A stretch of 64,000 nucleotides of DNA from Gonapodya sp. JEL0774 (taxonomy: Eukaryota): positions 1 to 64,000 of the forward strand of contig JADIIX010000002.1 of NCBI GenBank assembly GCA_027604505.1, written 5' to 3'. A program made the translations under genes and the position numbers. How positions within the stretch are numbered: the stretch's first letter is position 1; every line of letters begins with the position of its first letter. The notes under the pieces were generated by a model, which was not told where the DNA came from, ran no database searches, and worked only from the letters and a program-made list of their open reading frames with translations. Positions 38,987-50,621 of this stretch are shown piece after piece.

Positions 38987-40332
38987 AGGTGCGAGAGCGC
39001 GCCGCAGGGAGGGGTGGGTGGCCGTTGTAAGTGGAGAGCTGTGCAAGTGCGCGCTTTGGAGGAGGTGTGCGTTTGAAGAGGGGCTCGTGTGCATGTGTTG
39101 AGCCCAAAGTTTGGTTCCTCGTCAACTTCTCCATTTTTTGATAAATCTCCTGCAACGTTACATATGTACGAACCGTACCATGAGAAATCCCTGCTAATGG
39201 TTTTTGTGATGAGTGGGATATTTAGAACATGTGGGAATTATATATTGAATACAAATGAAACGACTCGTATGCGAACGGGAAGTAAGTTGTGCGTGGTGTG
39301 TCTGTAACGTCCAAGTTGAGTCATCATCAGATGACCCCGCGGATACAAACCACGCGCGATTTCGAAAGCGAAAAGGACCAGAATAAAAAACTAAAACTAA
39401 AATAAAACGCCGCTTCTTCCGGTGCAAAGGCCGGCCCTTCCATCACGCTTTTCGTGCTAATACCGAGTGACCTGGACGCGTTGCGACCATCACACGGGGC
39501 CGGAGGGGCGGGGCGGGGCGGGGGGGGGGGGGTGGCCAAGATGTCATGTCCCCACAAATCGTCTCTGGGGGGAAGAACAGTGTGCGCCGCCGCGACCCGT
39601 GGAGCCGTGGGAGCCCCCGCCCGTAGTGTGGGGTTTTTGTCCACCCGGTGCCCGGTGGGAAATGCGGGCCACACGGGGCACCCACACCCCCACCGCGCTT
39701 CCCAGTCCACTCGCCACCGCCCACCAGCACCGACGACACGGTTTCGCGTTTGTGCAAAAGCCGGCACAACCGGGAACCCCCGGCACACCACCTGCCCACC
39801 CCCACGTGCCGGGGGGGGGGTGGGGGGACCTCGGCACACGCGGACAATATGCGCACGATCCACACACCGCAACCACCCCACCCCCCCACCACCCCCCGCG
39901 GGCAACAACCACGCGACCAACGACGGACGATGGACGACCCGACACGCCAACCAGGCGGTGTGGCGGAGATACGATGTGCAATGGGGTCAGGTTTCCAGAG
40001 CCAAGGAATAAAAACATCCACGTGACGTGACGTGGTCCCTTCTGCATACCGGGGGGGCACACGACGTGCATTCCTTTCATATGGACATGGACATGTGACA
40101 ACCGGACATTTGGGACATGATGCGACGACAATGGGACGTGGTACAGAACAGGGGGACAGGATGGGGGTGCCATGCACCACCCACCACCCCGCGCACCACA
40201 AACCGCGCCCGCGCCGCACTCGAAACCGAGATATGTGCGTTCATCATTTCTACACCCTACAACCTCACCCCCTTCCACCATTCCACCATCCTCGCCCCCC
40301 CCCCAACCAACCCCCCCCAATCCTACCACCCA

Positions 40333-42040
40333 TCACGCCACCAGTTCCACCTTCCCGCCCGCCTCGACAATCTTCTTTTCTGCGCGGCGGGACACGGACC
40401 GGGCCTTGACAATGTAAGGGCGGGAGAGGCGGCCCTTGGCAAGGACTTTGCCAAAGCCCTGTGGAGGGGGTGAGGGGTGGGGGTTGGGTGGGTGGGGAGA
40501 GGGGGAATGGAAGGCAAGGGTGAGCACGACAGCACCCGCCGACCCAGAGAGCCGTGGGGGGCGCCACCCGCCGACCCCCACCCCCCCCCCACCCCAAAAC
40601 ACCCCAACCCACACCAAAACAAAGCAAAGCAAAAGCAAACCAAGACAAGTACTACCCCCCCCACCCCCCCACCCCCCTTCGCCCCCAACAAACCCCCGCC
40701 CCCCACAACCCTCAACCCACCGCCTTGAGCGTATCGACCACCACAGCGACCTTCTTCCCCCCCTTATCCGCCACCTCGATGTGGCTTTTGTCGGCCAATC
40801 CCGCCACCTTGTCCAGGTTCAAGACGGGTCGGAACGACTTGTTGTTGGTCTTGTGGTAGTACCGCATGCCCACTTTTCCAAAGTAACCCGGGTGGTACTT
40901 GTCCATGTTGATGCGGTGGTGGTGTTGGCCACCGGCCTGGGGGGGAGTGGGAGTGGGGGTGGGGTGGGGTTGGGGTGGGCCGGGTGAGCCTACACTGTGT
41001 CATGGCAACAAATCCCAAAATCCCTCTATCCACATGTCCGTATGTCCACAAGTACACATGTGTCATGGCGACTGGCGCTCGGCGCGTTGAATCAATCGCG
41101 TCCGGCGGACTGTGCCCGTCGCCTGACGCTTGGGCGAGAGCGGGCCCCCGCTACCGGTGCGGGACAGGCCCTCGCTCCCTTTCGGTGCGGGACTGTGTTG
41201 TCGCCTGACGCTTGGGCGAGCGCGGGCATTCGCTCCGTTCGCTTCGCTCACTCGGCTCAACTCACCAAACCCCTACCACCAGGATGCTTCCTGTGCTTTC
41301 CGATCCTCCCGTGACCGGCGGAGACATTACCGCGCTTCTTCCTGTTTGCGTGGAGTCGGGTAGGCTAAACAAAAACAAGAGAAAAAGAAGGTGGGGAGAG
41401 TGTGGTGTGAGTGCACAGTGCAGAATGCAGAGTCTGGATGGAACGGGGCGCGTGTGTGCGTGTTGGGGGGCACGACTGACCACCGACAGAGCGAATGCCA
41501 AAACCCAACCCCAAACTACACCCGAGCACACAACAACAACAACAACAAGAAGAAGAATGAGCAGAGACTGCAACAGCCATCAGTGAGTGTCCGGCGGTGC
41601 CAATCAGTGAGTGCCTTCATTTCCAGAGGGTGTGTGTGTGTGTGTGTCGGGGGGTCCCTCGTGCGTGGTGTGGGTCTCCAGCATCCTTGTGATGGGGCAT
41701 GGCATGGCGGGGACAAGAGGGGCGGGAGTAGGGAAAGAACAAGACCCGAATGTGGGCCGGTACGCAGCAGACCAGAGTGCGGGGCCGGGGGGTAGAGTCG
41801 GCTGTGTGGGCAGTGTTGTGCTCTCTGTCCTGTCCTGTCCTGTCCTTGTCGTCCTGCTTGGTTTGGGTTGGACGTCCCCTTACCGTCCCCCTTGCCGTCG
41901 TCCCCTTGCCGTCCCTGTCCCCCCTTTGCCCACATCCATCGACCGGATCCAGACCCCTTCCCGCCCCGCTGCGCAGTCCAATGCATCCAGTATCATCACA
42001 GGATTTGTCTGGCCCTTTTGTCCGCCTGTCTGCTCACCAT
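40333..42040 (-). CDS. RPL28: 60S ribosomal protein L28/L27a (uL15)
   Basis: [62 protein letters not shown]..|[36 protein letters not shown]. An ATG-only first exon is inferred at 42040 (ATG|gtgagc). Confidence 0.95.
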
Positions 42041-42550
42041 CGGGTTCAACTGTCTGTCTGTGTGGTCTGCCACTCGGTGCTTCCCCCACACCTCCCTCTG
42101 CACAGTCCATCTGCCTTATTCTTTGTGCACACCTCCCACCCCCCCAATCCCCCATTCCCCATTCCCCGCCCTTCCTCTCTTCCTCTCCACCTATTCATGC
42201 ATTCTTGTATTCATACTCGTGCCTATTCCCTCCTTTGCTTCACACCAAACCACACACGCACAGTCTGTTGATATGATATTTATGATTTGAGATTTCGTAG
42301 TCATGTAATCTCATTATGTACATAATACAAGAGTAAATACGTGTTTCACAGACACGTTTGCGGTGTTTCCCTTCTCCTTCTCAGTCCAGTCTCACGTCAT
42401 GAAGGACTCCTGTGGTGACAACAAACTGAACAGACAAACCCCATGTTAGTTTGGTTTCGGCCAGCAGCATAGAGAATTCGTAAAATTGAAAAGTGAATTA
42501 TTTTGCCATGCGTATGATCCTCTGATCATTCTCTGTTGTTCTCTTGGTCT

Positions 42551-45500
42551 CTACGCGTGGGGGTGATCGGTATCGGTATCGGTGCCTGCTGCGACGGTGG
42601 CGGTGACGGCGACGTTTTCCCCCCACGCCCCCCCACCCCCACCCCCACCCCCACCAACACCCCGCCCCCCGCTCGAAACCTTCATCGTCCCCGCCGCCTC
42701 CCGCAACGTCTCCACGAGCGCGGCTTTGGCGGCCCGTTCCGCCGCCAGAGTCTCGAGGGACTTTTTGGGCCGGGCCCGTGGCGGGGGTTTGGGGCGGGCA
42801 GGAGCAGTGTGATTGGTGGTGGCGCTGGTGGTGGCCGGCGTGGCCGTCGCGGCCGAGGACGCAGCAGACGCAGTAGCGATGCCGGCGTCGGCGAAGGCAG
42901 ACTCGCGTACCGGCGGTGTCGGTGTCGATGTCGGTGTCGGTGTCGGTGTCGCTGTGCTCGGCGGGACCACGGCCAGAATGGCGGGCACGCCAGCCGGCAC
43001 AGGTACCGTCCCTCCCAGTCCACGCATCACAGTCGCCAACGCACCGGAAAAGGGGGCCAGTGACACCGCCGACACCGACACCGACCCACTGCCGCCGCCC
43101 CCGCCCCCGCCGCCCGTCGCCGTCCCCGTCACCCCCACCCCCACCCCCACCCCCTCGCCCCCAACCATGGCCATCACCGCCCGCTGAGCGGCCCGTTCTG
43201 CCTCCACCGTTGTCGCGTTTTTAGCCCGGGGGCCCCGCTTCGTTCTCGAGGTCGAGGCCGAGGCCGAGGCCGCGAGAGGGGTCGCGGTCGGGGTCGCGGT
43301 CGGGTTCCCCTTGTTCAGCGTCCGGGGGCGGGAGCGGGACGCGGGCGGGTCGGTGGCGGCCGCGGCGGCCGCGGCAGAGACGACCACAGAGAGTTTGGTT
43401 TTGGCCCGCTTGGTGGGTGGTTGTGGCTGCGGGTCGGTGGGGGCCTTTTCCTCGGGCACGGATCCCGATCCCGATCCGGATCCGGGTTCCCAGTCGACGG
43501 CGGGCAGTGGTGATGGTGGGGCCGGGTGTAGGTGTGCTTGAGGATGAGCCTGCGGTGATCGCGGGACGATGGGCGACGACGACGACGCTCCAGGATGGGG
43601 TGGTCCTTCCGGCCCGTGTAGGTCAGACGGAGACGGTCCAGGAGAGGGTTCCGACAAACCTGCGGAATCCGAACCGCCGGCCCGTGACCGACCCGGGCGC
43701 CCGTGTCCAGCCTGCCGTGCACCACGAGACGGTTTCCGAGACGATTTCGCAGACGTCGAGGCCGAGGAGGCAGCCCCGCCGCGGCTGCGGCCGCCGCCGC
43801 TACCGCCAGGTGTCGCGGGACCGGCCGTCCCGGTCAGAGGAGACTGTGTCGAGGGGAGGGCGGCGTGCGGGGCGGTGCCCACCTCCACCTCATCGCCTCG
43901 TCGTTTCCGCAGATACTTTATATATTCGTCTGGCACCGTGGGTACGTGCTCTGGTACGGGCGCGGACGGAGGCGGAGGTGGAGGAGCCGCAGGCGGGACC
44001 GGCGGGACGTGGTTCGGCGGCACGAACAGCAAACTCGTCGGATCCACGCCGGTCTTCCCTGCTGCTTTCTGGACCGTCACTTCCACGACTTTGTTGACCG
44101 CGGCGGTGGTGGTCGGGACCGGGTGAGCGCTGTTGTTGTGTATGTCGGACAAGCCCTTGGTGAGCATGTCGCGGACAGCTTTCTCGGCGGCGAGCGTCGC
44201 CTCAGACTTGTTTATGTTGCCCCTCCGCGATGGCAACTTGGGCTGGAGGTTCAGGACCGCTTGTCTCGACAACCGCTCTTCGGCCTCCCGCTCCATGGCC
44301 GCCAACTCCACCACGAAATCGGGAAGAGCGGCGGGGATGGTGTCCTCAGCTGTGCGTGATGGCAGGACAGAGCTACCGATACCGAGTCCCGGAGTACCGT
44401 GAAGTGGTTGGACGTTGGGTTGTGGTGGGTGAGACAAAACCCGTGGCACATTTTGCGCGGAATGTGAACTCGACAATACTGCAGGGATTGGTGCAGAATC
44501 GGATGGTATCAAAGGTATAGAAGGTTGCGTGGAAGCAGTCGTGGCCAATGGTACAAGTGGTAGTGTAGAAGGGGGCAAGACATTCGACGCACGGCGAGGT
44601 GCGGTGTTTGGATTCGGAACAACCCCAAGACGCGCAGCAGGAAGTGCAAACGGCCGCAAAAATTCCAAAAGCCCAGACTCGAGAAGATTTGATGTGATCG
44701 GATTCTGTGGAAGAGGTGGCGTGGTCGCCGCGTTCAACGGCAACCACTCGGATCCACCCACCACTTCGAGAGGTCTCGGCTCGGTGACTCTGGATCTGGA
44801 CATGACATCCACGACTTTATCGTAGATTTTAAGAACCGCAGCTTCCTTCTCCTTTGCGCGCTTGATGTTGCGCTTGTGTTTGGGTACGAGAGGCACGAGG
44901 TGGGGGGGCGGTAGGCAATAAGCCGGGGTGGCATTCGAGGGTGCAGGGTTTAAGCCGCGCACATGGACTCGGAAGCAATCAAAGGGAGTGAAGGCGGGCT
45001 TAAAGACGGGGAGAAGAGGAAACGGTTATGACACGAACTCGCGCCGTTCATCAATGCGGAACTGCACACTCACCCCCATCTCCTCCGCAACCTTCAACCA
45101 CCCAAGGTGTCCAAACCTTCGCACAACATCATCCAGCTTTTCTCGAAATTTTTGAGGCCAAAGTGCTTGCTTCTCGGTCGCCCTCGCTTCCGCCTCCACG
45201 TCCGAGTCCTCGTCATCGCCAGCTGCAGAATCCCTCACGTCGACGCCACCATCCACAGGAAATCCTTTTCTTCCGTTAATTTTCTCCCACTCCCGATACC
45301 GTATTCGGCATTCGGCTGCAGTTCGGTCTCGCAGCGACCCAGCAGTCTTGCTGAACTTTATCGGATGATTGTACGATAAGTGCTTCGCTATCCGTCTCCA
45401 GGGCACGCGAAGGATTCTGGGTGGCTTCTGCGATTCAAACATCGTGTCCTCACCCTCGTGGTCAATCCCCTCGTTCCAACCACCATCTGATTCGCTTTCC

Positions 45501-47056
45501 TGGTCGGTCACATTTTCCTCATCGTCAGATTCACCACTGCTTGGTCCGTCTTCAATATCCTCCAGCGACCCCACCTTCATCTCCGCTGCCCGTTCCGCAA
45601 CCCATCTATCAAATTGGTCACCTTTCTGGTACTTGACGCCGGCAAGCCATGACTCAACCTGGGCGCGGACCTCGGGCCACTCCATGTGCACGCCGCGTCG
45701 TTCGTTAGCGCCAGCTACCAGTCGGGCGTGGTCAGAGCAAAGGCGGCGAAGAGTAGCGATGTGCACGGCCCGACGGAGCCGGGTGCTATCGGCGCGAAGC
45801 CAAGGGAGACCTGACGGCAGTCGGCGTCCGTAGCGGGGTGGATTCGGGATGTGATCAGCGACTGCAGGAGACGAGTGGCGGAGGAACTGTGAGAGAACGA
45901 CTGTGGAGTCTGGCGCTTGCGGTGGTACCTTTTTAAGTCACAGTCGACATTTTGGTTTCAGAGTCGCGTTGGTAACTGTGAATCGGTCTGCGAATGTGTA
46001 CTCAATCGTGAACAATCATACCTCACTCCTCTGGTCAACAAAGTACGAACGAGCGACTGACGGTCGATAGCCTCTCATCAGTTTTGGGTGGATGGTCATT
46101 GTTGGTACTAGCTGAAAGATGGCCTGTGGCTGATGCTTCCCCTTTCCTTTTGTGCCCCTGCTACTGCCAAGTCCACCGGTCCGCGATGTGTCGGTGAAAT
46201 GATCGTTGAAATCCGCCTCTGCGCCCTCGTCGTCACCTTCCAACTCCTCGTCAGACATGACCATGTGCGGCTCTTCCTGAGGGTAGTAATCTCGGAGCAT
46301 GTACGTGGGAACAGGTTCTGGATAGTTCGGTGAGGGGGCGGTGATACTCTCCGAAGAGAGAACAGTGTGCGATTCATCAATCAATCCAAAAAAAAACTGA
46401 TCCAGGGTCATCTGATCCTGCGATGCCGCTGTGGAAAGCAAGTCTCGTGATGGGATTTCAACATCCGCATAGTCGCCTTGGCCAGAGTATGGATCACCAA
46501 TCAATCCAGCAGATGCATTAAAGGAGATTGCTTGAGAAGGGGGAGCAGTAGATGACTGATAGAGTAATTCGTAGGCTCTCAAACCGCCGGTTGACGGAGC
46601 AAGCTCGACATCACGCTCTGAGACCCCGGGGTAGGAATTCTGCAACAAGTTTCCGCTTTCTCCGTCACGAGTCGGCAAAGAAGTGTTCGAACTCTCATTG
46701 ACAGCCCAGCTCTGAACTGAAATCGAAGGAGTCGACTCCGGCGGACGTGGTAGTCCAAAAGCACTGCTGAAGAAGTCTGGCATGGTCTCAGATTCCCGAG
46801 CGTTTTCTTCAGGGCGCCAATCCATCTCATTTGAGACTCCCGTGTGGGTTAATGACATTGGTAGTCCCAAACTGTTCGTTCCGGTTCTGGTATCCAGGTG
46901 TCTGGATCCTCCACCACCGCTCCAATCTTCAGGTTCACCGAGAGTGCGTGTTTCCGGTAATGCAGAGGAAGATGGTGATGGATAGCGCAGGAATTGCGAG
47001 AATACAACCCGTTGGATGTCATGAGTGCTCAAGGTCTCTCCAGAAGATTCTTCCAT
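42551..47056 (-). CDS. Large Myb/SANT-repeat nuclear protein with low-complexity Pro/Ala/Thr C-terminus
   Basis: Three long ORFs (353, 246, 803 aa) separated by intron-sized gaps. Myb-like segments VPWRRIAKHL..RTAAECRIRYREW and LWPQKFREKLDDVVRRFGHLGWLKVAEEMG|FTPFDC. The ends are approximate. Confidence 0.7.
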
Positions 47057-47541
47057 CACTGAGCAGGTCCTATCCACACGTCAAGGAATCATAATCACGA
47101 TCCAATTCGCAATCCTGAGTTTTTCTCGCTCGGTTCCGCTTCGTTTATATGTGTAGCATCTTCACAAACGATGGCCCGGACACCTGATCCAGAGAATATT
47201 CTTGCCCATACAACAACAAGTCAGGTCTCTAAATAAAAGTAGTTACCGCTGAGCAGTCTTAGCATCGCATGAGTCAAATTTGGAGAATGAAATGAGGCTC
47301 TACTTCCCAATGCAACAATGCAGCAGGACAACACGATATTGCACAGTGATGGGTGTGTTGACGGACGGGGTGATTCCACTCAATATTAATTACGGGTGGA
47401 TTTGAAGGTTGAGGGGTGTTAGAGTATCAAACTGTGCCACAAAGGTGCTTGCCAGCCCAATTACTTCCCATTTAGGCAATCCTGGAGGATTGGACGGCTT
47501 TCACCAGCATTCAAGAATCCGCAGAGCAAAGAACCGCTCAA

Positions 47542-50255
47542 ATGTGGTTGGTTTCTCCTCTACTTGGTCGAAAACAACGCGCATTCCGCGGGAGTCAGAC
47601 GAAATTGCAACTTCTTGCTTTCATTGGGGCGCTTTCAACTGTTGCGATCGATGCGGCAAGAGTCACACCAAGACAGACACGCACATGCGATTCTATTGCT
47701 GCCTCTGTCTTGGGTATGTAATATATGCTACGAGATATGCCATTCTGTAGTAAGAGACTGACGGGTGCTTACTGTTGCCTCATCACGACAAAATATGAAT
47801 GACAAAATGAATGAACTACCAAAAGCCGGAAGTACCCCAACCACTCAGGACAGAGCTGACTGGACATCTTGGAACTGTGTGACTTGGTTTCCGAATGTCG
47901 TGGTTTCCGGTTCTCCCCCTCCCACTCCCCCTCCTGTTCTGACACGAACGTGCGACAGCATTCATGCGTCCTACGCCGCGGGTTTGGCGCCTACAACTCA
48001 GGATATTACTGACTGGACTGCTTGGAAATGCAGTACGTGGTTTCCTGGAGGCATTGGGTCGACACCGCCCTCTCCACCCCCTTCTCCGTCGGTGCCTCCG
48101 CCCACGGTCAGAACGTGCGATACCATACACGCCCGATTTCTCGCAGGGGCTACCATGGTGGCGCAAGATTTTAGCGACTGGACACAATGGGGATGCGCCA
48201 CGTGGTTTCCAGGGGGAATCGGTGCAGGAAATGCAATAACAACTCCCCTTCCTGTAATTCGGACTTGCGACACAATTAACGGGGCGTACAAAGCTGGCAT
48301 AGCAATGACCGCGCAAGACTACTCGGACTGGAATCAGTGGCAATGCCAGACATGGTTCCCCCTTGTAAGCTTTGGACATATGCAATGGAGCATTCCACGA
48401 GGGGCTATAAACTATTGCACCTCACCTCCACCTCTCTCTCGACCTCTCTTCTTAATGAACAACCGATAGGGCATTGGAGCTGCTTTTCCTCCCTCTAGTC
48501 CAAGCAGCTTTCTTCGCGGAATTGCGCTTGCGGGTTGGATATCACCCGAGGTAAACATTCCAAATATTGCCACTTTTATCTATTTAAATCTCAATCCAGA
48601 CAACTCGTTTCCGTTGCCTAGCCCTTCATTACGCCCTCTCTGTTCACCGTGAATGCATTCATTTACCCAGATCTTTGGACCATGTGCAACGTAATCGGAA
48701 GGACAGCGTGTGAAAACAAGATAAAACAGCATCTTGGGAGCTTCATCGTCGAGGACGACATTCGACAAATAATGGATGGAGGATTTAATTACGTGAGGTG
48801 AGGGGACGTTTCACGTCATTGGGAAAACTGATAAACTGATCAAATTTGTTTCAAACATTTGACGTCAAGGATCCCACTCAACTATTGGGATGTTACACCA
48901 GATGCAGCCGAGCCCTACCCTGCGAACCTTGGCTGGTCGTATGTCAACCAGGCGATCTCATGGTGCGCCAAGTATGGTTTACAAGTTGGACTAGGACGTG
49001 AGTTTTTCCAATGATCTCTTCTCGATAAGTTCATCCGACAATTTGGTAGTCATACGGTGCTTTCTCCTGTACATGAATAGTTCATGCTTTGCCAGGCTGT
49101 CAGAACCCCTGGAATCACTGGTAGATATGCCGCTGCCAATTTTTACGTGGTCGAAACTTGCATCACATGTTGCTTCTCACACAGTGGCCGGACAGATTTC
49201 TTTGATTGGCTTAATAATTTTGACTCATACTCCAAGCGGTCAACAGCAGCACTTGTTGAAACCGTCAACCGCCTCAAAGGCCCCAGCTACTCGCATGTTA
49301 AATTGTTGGAGCTAGTAAACGAGCCGTACATGATTCCCATGAACGGAGCAACCATTGAGAAGGTGATGAATTGCACGAAGTGATTGAGCATAATCAGCGA
49401 CGACTCACGTTCCGTTCTGAACATAGATTCGCACTTGGACGCGTTCAACCATCTCACTCTTACGATCAACGATGGCTGATGCGTCCCAGTATCCCTCGGG
49501 AGGACCTGAGCTTATGATATCAGAAGGATTTCTAGGAACAAATATCTTTGGAGGCAGCAGTCTCCTGGATCAAGGTCTTGGCACCGCTCGCATGGACTAC
49601 CACTATTATTCAATTTTTGATGCGAATGGAATAGCGCTTGACACAGCGGTATGATCTTGCTCTCCTTTGGATTTTATAGTGGGGTTCGCAACGCAACGAT
49701 CTCAACAATCGATTCTATTGTTCAAAGGGTCACTTGCAACATCTGCAAGACTACCTCATTCCGACTCTGGAAGGCATGAAGGCGATCGCCCCAACCTTCT
49801 TAGGAGAGTTTTCTGCTGCGATGACAGATTGTGCGCCGCACCTTAACAGTGAGTATAGGAACAAAAAGAAGAAGGCAAACCGCGGTATTGTTCATCTCCA
49901 ACTTTTCTACTCTTTCAGGTGTCAATGGTGGATCCCGCTTTGACGGCACTTTCCCTGGGTACTCAAACGTATGCGGTGGGTGCAAATGCGCCGACGCAAT
50001 TAACATCAATACCTGGAGTGCGTCAAAAAAGAATAGTCTAAGAGCATATGTGAATGCGCAAATCATCGCCGCGAAAGCCGGGGGTGTGGTGAGTTCTGGT
50101 TGCATAGAAGTCGACTGGGTCCGCGTAATGGTATCTATTTTTGATTTGAACAGGGCTACGTTTTCTGGACTTGGAAGACGGAGAACAAGCTGGTAGAGTG
50201 GGACTGGCAGTACTTACTTTCTCAGGGAATGGTGTCTGTACCACCAGGCAGTTAG
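47542..50255 (+). CDS. GH5 (exo-beta-1,3-glucanase-like) glycoside hydrolase with 4 N-terminal Cys/Trp repeats, copy A
   Basis: Hydrophobic leader. RGIALAGWISPE|PFITPSLF, GFNYVR|IPLNYW, HALPGCQNPWNH|SG, ELVNEP (acid/base), YHYY, GEFSAAMTDCA (nucleophile), FWTWKTE. Confidence 0.9.
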
Positions 50256-50621
50256 CCGGAGACAATATACTTCGTGGGAGACACACTACATAGATAGAGC
50301 AATACTTCCTACAGCTATTTTCGCTTTGTGCTATTTCGCTTTGTATTTATTGCATTCCGGTCTAAGGCGACGGGACTTGAATAGAATCGTGATCAGGCCT
50401 CAGCCACCGTCAGCCGATTGCACATATAATCCAAAGTTCCAACACTTTTCCCCAAAAAAAATTCGTTGAGCGTCATCGCCAAAGACAAGATTTTTCTTGG
50501 TCTTTCTTCATGCTTGGCTCAGAGCACGTCCGATCGTGCTCTCGATTCCAATAACCCCTTCGATCGTTCTGTGGTTGTCTCGGAACGGTGTTCAATTCAT
50601 CACTCGCCATCCGAAACATCA

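Noticed and set aside
39327..40330. Many overlapping 120-260 aa ORFs on both strands
   Set aside because: Products of stop-poor G/C homopolymer sequence; the translations are low-complexity.
41575..42005. Possible box C/D snoRNA in RPL28 intron 1 (TGATGA near 41995, two CTGA near 41580-41606 on the minus strand)
   Set aside because: The boxes are ~400 nt apart and I could not identify an rRNA-complementary guide.
47850..48365. Regularly spaced nucleotide repeats as a CRISPR-like array
   Set aside because: They are degenerate protein-coding repeats with third-position variation in a eukaryotic gene.
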